From Bacteroidota bacterium (GTDB lineage Bacteria; Bacteroidota; Bacteroidia; CAILMK01; JACPUW01): a stretch of DNA of 64,000 nucleotides. The position numbers and the translations under genes are program-made. The stretch lies in the NCBI GenBank assembly GCA_016192035.1, contig JACPUW010000044.1:11496-75495 (forward strand). Reading direction: 5' to 3'. The notes under the pieces are model-generated. The model ran no database searches. It worked only from the letters and a program-made list of their open reading frames with translations, and was not told where the DNA came from. Positions 38,335 to 46,339 of this stretch are shown piece after piece; position 1 is the stretch's first letter; every line of letters starts with the position of its first letter.

Positions 38335-40357
38335 GCTCCAATCCAAATACACCCCTACTGGCGACCAGCCTGAGGCCATAAGACAATTGGTGCAGGGGTT
38401 GGAGGAAGGAATGCCCCACCAAACCCTCCTGGGCGTAACGGGTAGCGGCAAGACCTTTACCATGGCCAACGTGATAGAACGGGTACAGCGGCCCACTTTG
38501 GTGCTTTCACACAATAAAACACTTGTGGCACAATTGTATGGAGAATTTAAGCAGTTCTTTCCAGACAATGCGGTAGAGTACTTTGTTTCTTACTACGACT
38601 ATTACCAGCCGGAAGCCTTCAATCCGGTAACCAACTTATACATAGAGAAGGAGCTGAGCATTAACGACCAGATAGAACAACTCCGCCTCCGCGCCACTAC
38701 GTCACTGCTATCAGGCAGGCGCGATGTGTTAATAGTGGCCACCGTGTCGTGTATTTATGGTATGGGCAATCCCGAAGCCTTTGCTTCGGTAACCATTAGG
38801 CTCAAGCCCGGACAAGTACTCAGCCGCAACCGGTTGTTGTTTCAATTTGTGGATGGGCTGTACAAGCGCACCACGGCGGCATTTGACAAAGGAAGTTTTA
38901 GGGTTAATGGCGATGTGGTGGACATATGGCCGCCGTATGTGGAGTATGCATACCGGATACAGTTTTGGGGAGACGAGATTGAATCACTGGAGTTTATAGA
39001 CCCAGGTAACGGAAAGGTAATTGGGGGCGCTGATGAGATGGCCATTTTTCCCGCCAACCTATTCGTTACTGCTCCAGAAGTGGTGCAAACAGCCATTCGC
39101 GAAATACAGGATGACATGGTGGCACAGGTGGACTATTACCATAGATTGGGCAAGCACTTTGAAGCCAATCGATTGCAAGAACGGGTGGAATTTGATCTCG
39201 AAATGATCCGCGAATTGGGTTATTGTCAGGGAATTGAAAACTATAGCCGGTATTTTGACCGCCGACAGCCGGGAGTGCGCCCTTTCTGCTTACTTGATTA
39301 TTTTCCAAGGGACTACATCACTTTTATAGATGAAAGCCACCAAACCATACCGCAAATCAACGGTATGTTTGCCGGCGACCGTTCGCGCAAGCAAAACTTG
39401 GTAGAGTACGGTTTTAGGCTGCCTGCGGCTATGGACAACAGGCCCCTGCGGTTTGAAGAATTTGAAGCCTTAACCCCACAGGCAATTTATGTTTCGGCCA
39501 CCCCGGGCAACTATGAACTAATGAAGTGTGAAGGTGTGGTGGTGGACCAGGTAATACGGCCCACTGGCCTCCTGGATCCTGAAATTGAAATCCGCCCGGT
39601 AGGAAACCAAGTGGACGACCTGCTGGACGAAATAGACAACCAAGTAAAAAGGGGCCAAAGGGTGCTGGTAACTACCCTTACCAAGCGGATGAGCGAGGAA
39701 CTCACCAAGTACCTAACTGGGTTTGGTGTTAAGTGCAGGTACATTCACTCTGAGGTAGATACCATGGAGCGGGTAGAAATACTGCGCGACCTGCGCCTGG
39801 GCAAGTTTGACGTGCTTATAGGCATAAACTTGCTCCGGGAGGGGCTTGATTTGCCCGAAGTGGGCTTGGTGGCCATACTAGATGCCGACAAGGAAGGCTT
39901 TTTGCGCTCGGAAACATCACTCACCCAAACCGCGGGCCGCGCGGCCCGAAACCTGGAAGGACGGGTAATCATGTATGCCGACAAGATTACCGAAAGTATG
40001 CGCCGCACCATAGATGAAACCGATAGGCGCCGCGAAAAACAAATGGCCTACAATCTGGCCCACGGCATAGTGCCCACTACCATAACCAAATCGCGCGACG
40101 AGATTATGGGCCAAACCTCCATAGCTGATGGAAGCAAGAAGACGGATTTGACCACTTACTTGCAAGACCAAGACTCCGATGTGCCCATAGCTGCCGATCC
40201 CGTGGTGGCATATATGACCAAAACCGAACTGAACAAGGCAATTGAAAAGACAAGGCAAGACATGCTCAAAGCGGCCAAAGACCTAAAATTCGTGGAAGCC
40301 GCCCGGCTGCGCGATGAAATGTATGCCCTACAGCAGTTGGTAGAAAAAAGGCCATAG
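38324..40357 (+). CDS. uvrB: Excinuclease ABC subunit B
   Basis: GDQP, GVTGSGKT, YYDYYQPEA, DESH, GINLLREGLDLPEV, QTAGRAARN, C-terminal UVR domain. Confidence 0.98.
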   Translation: MKFKLQSKYTPTGDQPEAIRQLVQGLEEGMPHQTLLGVTGSGKTFTMANVIERVQRPTLVLSHNKTLVAQLYGEFKQFFPDNAVEYFVSYYDYYQPEAFNPVTNLYIEKELSINDQIEQLRLRATTSLLSGRRDVLIVATVSCIYGMGNPEAFASVTIRLKPGQVLSRNRLLFQFVDGLYKRTTAAFDKGSFRVNGDVVDIWPPYVEYAYRIQFWGDEIESLEFIDPGNGKVIGGADEMAIFPANLFVTAPEVVQTAIREIQDDMVAQVDYYHRLGKHFEANRLQERVEFDLEMIRELGYCQGIENYSRYFDRRQPGVRPFCLLDYFPRDYITFIDESHQTIPQINGMFAGDRSRKQNLVEYGFRLPAAMDNRPLRFEEFEALTPQAIYVSATPGNYELMKCEGVVVDQVIRPTGLLDPEIEIRPVGNQVDDLLDEIDNQVKRGQRVLVTTLTKRMSEELTKYLTGFGVKCRYIHSEVDTMERVEILRDLRLGKFDVLIGINLLREGLDLPEVGLVAILDADKEGFLRSETSLTQTAGRAARNLEGRVIMYADKITESMRRTIDETDRRREKQMAYNLAHGIVPTTITKSRDEIMGQTSIADGSKKTDLTTYLQDQDSDVPIAADPVVAYMTKTELNKAIEKTRQDMLKAAKDLKFVEAARLRDEMYALQQLVEKRP

Positions 40358-40384
40358 GGGCGCAATTCACCACTATCCATTTAC

Positions 40385-40602
40385 ATCGTCTAAATCGACG
40401 ATATTTTAGATTATCGTCTAAATCGACGATATTTTGGATTATCGTCTAAATCGACGATATTTTAGGTTATCGTTTAAATCGACGATATTTTGGATTATCG
40501 TCTAAATCGACGATATTTTGGATTATCGTCTAAATCGACGATATTTTGGATTATCGTCTAAATCGACGATATTTTAGATTATCGTGGATATACGCGATAT
40601 TT
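40385..40602. repeat. Tandem array of 7 x 28-bp palindromic units plus a diverged 8th copy
   Basis: Consensus ATCGTCTAAATCGACGATATTTTRGATT starting at 40385, 40413, 40441, 40469, 40497, 40525 and 40553. Eighth copy ATCGTGGATATACGCGATATTT at 40581. Confidence 0.97.
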
Positions 40603-40603
40603 G
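40596..40603 (+). promoter_or_regulatory. Candidate -7 promoter element inside the 8th repeat
   Basis: GATATTTG (1 mismatch to TAnnTTTG) 4 nt before ATG 40608; the same octamer and spacing occur before rbfA. Confidence 0.45.
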
Positions 40604-40607
40604 CCCA

Positions 40608-41252
40608 ATGATAGCTGTACTCAAGGGCGACATAGTGGCTTCTCGCAAACTGAAAAATCCCGAACTATGGCTAAACCCCATAAAAGAGCTGCTAGGTAAG
40701 TGGGGCCAGAGCCCAAAGGATTGGGAATTGGTATGGGGAGACCTGTTTCAAGTAGAGATAACCCGGCCTGAAGATGCCCTGCTAAAGGCCATACAAATCA
40801 AAGTGTTGCTAAAACAGGTACAGCCGGTGGAAGACAAGAAAAGAATGGGTACTATAGACGTGAGAATGTCTATGGGAATAGGCGATAAAACCTATACGGG
40901 TGAGCGGATTTCAGAAAGCAATGGGCCTGCTTTTGTACACGCGGGGGAAAAGTTTGAAAACCTTAAGAAGGAATACACCAGGTTGGCCATAAAATCGCCG
41001 TGGCCAGAATTTGACCGAGAGATGAACCTTTACCTATCACTGATCAATAGGTTCATGGACAAGTGGTCGGTTTCTTCAGCCCAACTCATGCAAATAGTGC
41101 TTAACCAGCCTAGCTACACACAAGAGAAGATAGGCGCAGAGTTAGAAATTAAGCAAAACTCGGTGAGTGGTAGATGGCGCCGGGCCTGCGTGGACGAAAT
41201 ACTGGCCGTAGAAAGCCGGTATCGGGAAAAAATTGTTAAGTTGCTCACATGA
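40608..41252 (+). CDS. SatD-family protein (nucleotidyl-cyclase-like domain + C-terminal HTH)
   Basis: AVLKGDIVAS, WGDLFQ, VRMSMGIG, SNGPAF, then TQEKIGAELEIKQNSVSGR HTH. ATG 40608 preferred over GTG 40584, which lies inside the repeat. Confidence 0.8.
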   Translation: MIAVLKGDIVASRKLKNPELWLNPIKELLGKWGQSPKDWELVWGDLFQVEITRPEDALLKAIQIKVLLKQVQPVEDKKRMGTIDVRMSMGIGDKTYTGERISESNGPAFVHAGEKFENLKKEYTRLAIKSPWPEFDREMNLYLSLINRFMDKWSVSSAQLMQIVLNQPSYTQEKIGAELEIKQNSVSGRWRRACVDEILAVESRYREKIVKLLT

Positions 41253-41959
41253 TTATACTGGCCAAATTGCTCTTGGCCCACCTGGCTGGGGATTTTACCT
41301 TCCAACCCAGGGCTTGGGTACACGACAAAGAAAAAAGAAAAGCAAAATCAGCCAAACTTTACCTGCACATACTCATTCATGGGGCATTGGTGCAGCTATT
41401 CCTTTGGCAAGCAAAGTATTGGTGGGTTACACTCGCCATTATGCTCACACATGGGACTATAGACACAGTGAAACTGTATGCCCAGGGCGAAAAGACCAAA
41501 AACCGGTGGTTTGCCATAGATCAATTGCTTCATTTGATTGTAATTGTAGCGCTTTGGCTCATATTGGCCAGGCCAAATATTCCATACATGGCCTATGTCC
41601 ATGATCCGGCCATCTGGACGTATGTAGCGGCTATCTTATTTATTACCAGCGTATCCGGGATATTGATTCAGGTTGTTTTATCGTATTGGGCCCACGCACT
41701 TAAAGTGGGCGACGGGGAATCGCTGCAGCACGCAGGGAAGTACATAGGGGTTATGGAGCGTCTGTTGATTTTTGTTTTTATCGTATCGGGCAACTGGGAA
41801 GCCATAGGGTTTCTGTTGGCTGCCAAGTCCATTTTTCGGTTTGGTGATTTGAAAGAGGCCAAAGACCGTAAGCTAACCGAATACATCTTAATGGGCACCT
41901 TGCTGAGCTTTGGCATAGCCATAGTTACGGCTATGGGGGTGTTGAAATTGACCGATTGA
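41249..41959 (+). CDS. DUF3307 family membrane protein
   Basis: AHLAGDFTFQP, LYLHILIH, HGTID, DQLLH, AGKYIGVMER, AAKSIFRF, EYILMGTLLS. ATGA overlap with the satD-like gene. Confidence 0.85.
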   Translation: MIILAKLLLAHLAGDFTFQPRAWVHDKEKRKAKSAKLYLHILIHGALVQLFLWQAKYWWVTLAIMLTHGTIDTVKLYAQGEKTKNRWFAIDQLLHLIVIVALWLILARPNIPYMAYVHDPAIWTYVAAILFITSVSGILIQVVLSYWAHALKVGDGESLQHAGKYIGVMERLLIFVFIVSGNWEAIGFLLAAKSIFRFGDLKEAKDRKLTEYILMGTLLSFGIAIVTAMGVLKLTD

Positions 41960-41994
41960 TCTTTGAAAACCAATATTTTGGCGCAGGAAAATGC

Positions 41995-43227
41995 CTATCT
42001 CATGTGTAGGTCGGTGGGCTGAAACTGGTTTGCCGCCCTCATGCTTGGCAACCAAGACGACAACAACCCAATGGCAAGCACGGTAAAAAATACCAAGGCC
42101 ACATCGCCAAAACGCAAATCAACAGGATAGCTGTTAGTTACAAATGAAGTACCCCCAAGTCCCACTACGCCAAAACGTTCCTGCACCCAGCATAGTAGGG
42201 TGCCCAGTGCCAAACCCACCAAGGCCCCCCCTACCGAGAGCAATAGGCCATTGAAAAGAAATACCCGGCCAATGGCGGGCGGCGACATGCCCAAGGCGTT
42301 GAGTATGGCTATGTCTTTTTTCTTTTCAACCGACAACATGCTCAGCGAAGCCACCAGGTTGAATGCCGCTATGATAAGTACAAAAGTGAGGATAAGAAAA
42401 ACCACGGTCTTTTCTGAGCGCAAGATCTTATATAAGAAAGCATGTTGTTGATACCGGTCAAGAACTTGAGTGCCAGTGGGTGCCAATCGAGCAATTTGGT
42501 CCACAACCGTGGGTAGGTGGGCGCTGTTGTCAAGGTTTACCTCTATGGCTGTGGCCTGCCCGGGCCTTCCGGTTAGCTGCTGGGCAAAATCCAAGGGCAC
42601 TAGCAGGAATTTGTCGTCGAATTCGCGCTGGATAGAAAAGATACCTGATGGCCTGATAGATTCTTGGTTAAAAGCCCTTCGGGGATTGATAATGACCTTT
42701 TTGTCTGCCTTTGGCACGTACAATTGAAGTTGTGAAAAATCATCGTAGATATTAACGCCTAGTTTGCCAGCTACCCCCATGCCTATCAGAGCATATGGGT
42801 TATTGCCCTGGTTCACTTTCATTTCGCCGACAAATACAGCCGAATCCATGCCTATGGAGTGAAGAAAATGCGGATGCAGCCCTTTTATCCTAGCAAAGGT
42901 TTGCTTGTTGGCGTATTTGGCCAGGATGTTCTCTTCCAAAACTGGGCTCACCCCGCTTACTCCTTGAACCTTGCCTATTTCTACAACCAATTGGCTATCA
43001 ACTGGTAGGTACTTGTTGCCCACCGGGATTATTTTCACATCAGGGTCAAAAGAGTTGTAGAGCGATACCACCAATTGTTCAAAACCATTGAACACTGACA
43101 GAATGATAACCAGGGCTGCCGTGCTCACCATGATGCCCAAGGCAGTAACCCCTGAAATGACATGTACCACCCCTTTGACACGGGAAGAGAAAAAGTACTT
43201 GCGGGCTATGGTTAGGGTAGCGGTCAC
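41995..43227 (-). CDS. LolC/E-family (FtsX-like) ABC permease
   Basis: ARKYFFS, LSVFNGFE, EKKKDIAILNALG, YPV, WLPSMRA. Confidence 0.88.
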   Translation of the reverse strand: MTATLTIARKYFFSSRVKGVVHVISGVTALGIMVSTAALVIILSVFNGFEQLVVSLYNSFDPDVKIIPVGNKYLPVDSQLVVEIGKVQGVSGVSPVLEENILAKYANKQTFARIKGLHPHFLHSIGMDSAVFVGEMKVNQGNNPYALIGMGVAGKLGVNIYDDFSQLQLYVPKADKKVIINPRRAFNQESIRPSGIFSIQREFDDKFLLVPLDFAQQLTGRPGQATAIEVNLDNSAHLPTVVDQIARLAPTGTQVLDRYQQHAFLYKILRSEKTVVFLILTFVLIIAAFNLVASLSMLSVEKKKDIAILNALGMSPPAIGRVFLFNGLLLSVGGALVGLALGTLLCWVQERFGVVGLGGTSFVTNSYPVDLRFGDVALVFFTVLAIGLLSSWLPSMRAANQFQPTDLHMR

Positions 43228-44036
43228 TAGTCTTTATATGCCTTGGTTAGCATGGCTGTACCTGTAAGGTGGCCGGTATGCGATTCCAAATAATTGAGCA
43301 AAACGATAACGGGCAGCAACAAGGCATAATAAACGGGCAATAGGGCCACAAAGGCAAAATTGACATTGAGCAAGTGCATGGGTATGATGATGGACAACCG
43401 CCAAGACAGATTGCCCAATACCCCGAAAACCACCCTTGCTTTAACCCTTTTGAATCCGATTGACTTGAGCATTTCCTTAATGCTTTCTGCCGAGTAGCCA
43501 AGCCTTACCTGTTCATCTACCAATGGCTGGCTCTTAGGCCCTTTTGTGTTTTGGTTGCCTATTAAATGTGTATAGAGAAAAAGTGCGCCGCCAGGCCTAA
43601 TGCTTTGATAGATATTCGTTAACAGTGCCTTGTCGTCACGCACAAATTCGGCAATATCAATGGCCAGTGCCAAGTCAAATGAACTGGCAGCCAGCATTTC
43701 CTTGGTCAGGTCGCCGCTGCGGAATACCACATTGTCCAATCGAAGCTTTCTAAATACCTTGTTGCCATGCGCCACTAGACGTTTATTGATATCAAACCCC
43801 TTGACACTCCATCTGTTGTTAATGCGTGAGATTAAGTAGGCATTTTGGCCCAGTGCCGAGCCGGCATCCAGCACGCATTGGTGGCCTATATGAGTTTTCT
43901 TCCAGATGTTCAGTTCCCGCCGTATGTGCCATGACCTGGGCAGTACCAAGTTGAGCAATTTATACAAGAACAGGTGGCCAAAGGCCGAACTGCCAAACAA
44001 ATTGTCAATCTTCTGGATGATGGGGTCGTACTTCAT
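43227..44036 (-). CDS. Class I SAM-dependent methyltransferase-like protein
   Basis: VLDAGSALGQ, SIRPGG, EQVRLGY, hydrophobic C-terminus. Confidence 0.75.
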   Translation of the reverse strand: MKYDPIIQKIDNLFGSSAFGHLFLYKLLNLVLPRSWHIRRELNIWKKTHIGHQCVLDAGSALGQNAYLISRINNRWSVKGFDINKRLVAHGNKVFRKLRLDNVVFRSGDLTKEMLAASSFDLALAIDIAEFVRDDKALLTNIYQSIRPGGALFLYTHLIGNQNTKGPKSQPLVDEQVRLGYSAESIKEMLKSIGFKRVKARVVFGVLGNLSWRLSIIIPMHLLNVNFAFVALLPVYYALLLPVIVLLNYLESHTGHLTGTAMLTKAYKD

Positions 44037-44041
44037 CCTGC

Positions 44042-44413
44042 CTACCCCTGGTCCGTTTCCCTGTGTTCCCTATTGAGCTTGTCAAACAGTTTGCCCATAT
44101 GTTCCACATAATCCAAGGTATCGTCATAAAAAAACACCAAGTCGGGCATTTTTCTCAATTCGTGCCGAAGGCTTGAGGCCAAGTTCTTTTTGATATCCGA
44201 GGTCTTGGCACGCACGGTTTCGAGTTTGGCCAAGGGCTCGCTCTCATTAATAAACGTGAGATATACCTTGGCAATGGATACGTCTGGGCTTACCATTACC
44301 TTGCTCACGCTTATAAAAGGGATAGAGAACCACAACCGTGCATTCCGTTGAAGCAATGAAGCCAATTCTCGTTGGAGCAGGCTTGACACCTTGGCTTGGC
44401 GGCGTGATTCCAT
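44042..44413 (-). CDS. rbfA: Ribosome-binding factor A
   Basis: MESRRQAKV, VSPDVSIAKVY, LRKMPDLVFFYD. GATATTTG at 44418-44425. Confidence 0.93.
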   Translation of the reverse strand: MESRRQAKVSSLLQRELASLLQRNARLWFSIPFISVSKVMVSPDVSIAKVYLTFINESEPLAKLETVRAKTSDIKKNLASSLRHELRKMPDLVFFYDDTLDYVEHMGKLFDKLNREHRETDQG

Positions 44414-44503
44414 GGTGCAAATATCCAATAGGTTTGCCCAAATGGGAGGGCTTACGGACGCAGCAAACAAGGGTGCTCCCCATCTTTGCCAAATAGTAAG
44501 CAC

Positions 44504-46339
44504 TTGAAGGTTTATCTGCGCATATTGGGCTACGTGAAAAAATACCCGGGCTATATAGCTGGTTTTTCTATTTCGGTGGTGCTAATGGCACTTTTTGGCA
44601 GTATTAGCTTAGCGTTGCTCGATCCAGTAATGAAGCTCCTTTTCAGCGCTGAAGAGGTGGGTGCCACTGAGGGTCTGGATGGGTTTTCATTAAATATACA
44701 CAGCATAAAGAATGCAGCGTATTACTTTGTTTCCCAAGTAATAAGGGCCGATGGCAAGCAGCAGGCACTACTGGTTTTTATTTTAATTATCGTTTCGGTC
44801 AATACGGCAGCAAACCTGTTCAGGTATGTGTCAAATGCCTGTACATCCATACTGCGCACATCAGCCATGTACAATTTGCGCAATGATTTGCTTAAAAGTT
44901 TGATAAACAAGAACATTGCATTTATTGACAAACAGCGAAAGGGAGACCTACTGGCCCGGATGACCATAGATATTGATGAAATTGACCGCTCCATAGTGGG
45001 TTCACTCAATGCGGTAATAAAAAACCCGGTGCAAATAGCGCTTTATTTAACCCTGCTTTTGCAGTATTCCAAGCCGCTTACCGGCATTATTCTTTTGGTA
45101 TTGCCTGTATCGGCACTGTTTATTGGCACGGTGGGCCGATCGCTGAAAAAAAACGCCCATACCGGACAGCGGGCATTGGCCAGTATGATAGGCGTACTCG
45201 AAGAGTCACTTGGCGGATTGCGTGTCATTAAAGCCTTTGGGGCAGAGAGATATATAGTCGGGGTTTTTGATACTTTTCACCGCACCTTCAGGCGCATGGA
45301 GAGGACCCAATTATTGAAAATGTTTTTGGCTTCCCCTTTTTCTGAAACATCTGGGGTAATTGCCGTGGGCATCATTCTTTGGTACGGTGGTAGTTTGGTT
45401 TTTAGTGGCCAATTAGAGGCATCGGGGTTTATGACCTACGTATTCATTTTTACGCAAACACTGCAGCCTGCCAAGGAACTGTCCGCGTCTATTAGTAGGA
45501 TTTACAAGGGTATAGCATCTGGCGAGCGGGTATTTGGACTCATGGACCAACCCGTGCTGGTAAAAGACAAACCCAATGCCCAGTCAATAGTTGACCTTAA
45601 AGAGGGTATTGAATTTAGGAATGTACATTTTCAATACGGGCAAAATCCTGTGATACAGGGCCTTGAAATGACTTTGGCCAAAGGGGGTTTTTATGCTTTG
45701 GTTGGGCCTTCGGGGTGCGGAAAATCAACCCTTACCGAGTTGCTATTGCGTTTCTATGACCCTCAGCAGGGGGGTATTTATTTGGATGGCGTGGATATTT
45801 CCAACATTCAGTCACATTCACTCAGGGCGCAGATTGCCATTGTGAACCAAGATCCTATCTTGTTTAACGACACGGTGTTTAACAACATTTCCTTTGGTTT
45901 GCCCCATGCTAACCAAGGTTTGGTAGAGGCAGCGGCCATGGCGGCCAATGCACATGGTTTTATATCTCAACTTTCCCAGGGTTATCAAACAATCATTGGC
46001 GATAGGGGTGTATTGCTTTCGGGCGGGCAGCGTCAGCGCATAAGCATAGCCAGGGCCATATTAAAACAATCGCCCATCTTACTCCTTGATGAAGCCACAT
46101 CGGCTCTGGATGCAGAAAGTGAGCGCGAGGTGCAGCAGGCACTGGATACATTAATGAAAGACAAGACAAGCCTGGTAGTGGCGCACCGCCTGAGCACCAT
46201 ACACCATGCCGACTGTATCTATGTAATGGACAAGGGCAGAATAGTAGAAATGGGCAGGCACCATGAACTGATAGCACAGAAGGGCTTATACTGGAAACTA
46301 TATGAAATTCAGCAATTAAGTGCCAATCAGTACCTGTAA
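44504..46339 (+). CDS. MsbA-like ABC exporter
   Basis: TM domain, GPSGCGKST, LSGGQRQR, LDEATSALD, AHRLSTI. Start TTG 44504 approximate (ORF open from 44486). Confidence 0.9.
   Translation: MKVYLRILGYVKKYPGYIAGFSISVVLMALFGSISLALLDPVMKLLFSAEEVGATEGLDGFSLNIHSIKNAAYYFVSQVIRADGKQQALLVFILIIVSVNTAANLFRYVSNACTSILRTSAMYNLRNDLLKSLINKNIAFIDKQRKGDLLARMTIDIDEIDRSIVGSLNAVIKNPVQIALYLTLLLQYSKPLTGIILLVLPVSALFIGTVGRSLKKNAHTGQRALASMIGVLEESLGGLRVIKAFGAERYIVGVFDTFHRTFRRMERTQLLKMFLASPFSETSGVIAVGIILWYGGSLVFSGQLEASGFMTYVFIFTQTLQPAKELSASISRIYKGIASGERVFGLMDQPVLVKDKPNAQSIVDLKEGIEFRNVHFQYGQNPVIQGLEMTLAKGGFYALVGPSGCGKSTLTELLLRFYDPQQGGIYLDGVDISNIQSHSLRAQIAIVNQDPILFNDTVFNNISFGLPHANQGLVEAAAMAANAHGFISQLSQGYQTIIGDRGVLLSGGQRQRISIARAILKQSPILLLDEATSALDAESEREVQQALDTLMKDKTSLVVAHRLSTIHHADCIYVMDKGRIVEMGRHHELIAQKGLYWKLYEIQQLSANQYL

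Noticed and set aside
40385-40602. CRISPR array
   Set aside because: The units are contiguous with no unique spacers (the 10 nt between palindromes are near-identical), the period is only 28 bp, and there are no cas genes in the window.
40385-40602. Plasmid/phage iterons or an IS/MITE end
   Set aside because: No rep, integrase or transposase nearby, and I saw no terminal inverted repeats or target-site duplication around the cassette.
40385-41252. Canonical type III toxin-antitoxin (ToxIN/CptIN/TenpIN)
   Set aside because: No terminator between array and gene, units shorter than typical, and the protein does not resemble ToxN-type RNases. Kept only as an architectural analogy.
46316-46339. 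24-bp convergent overlap of the ABC exporter and nnr
   Set aside because: Short 3' overlaps are ordinary in compact genomes, and both proteins look complete.
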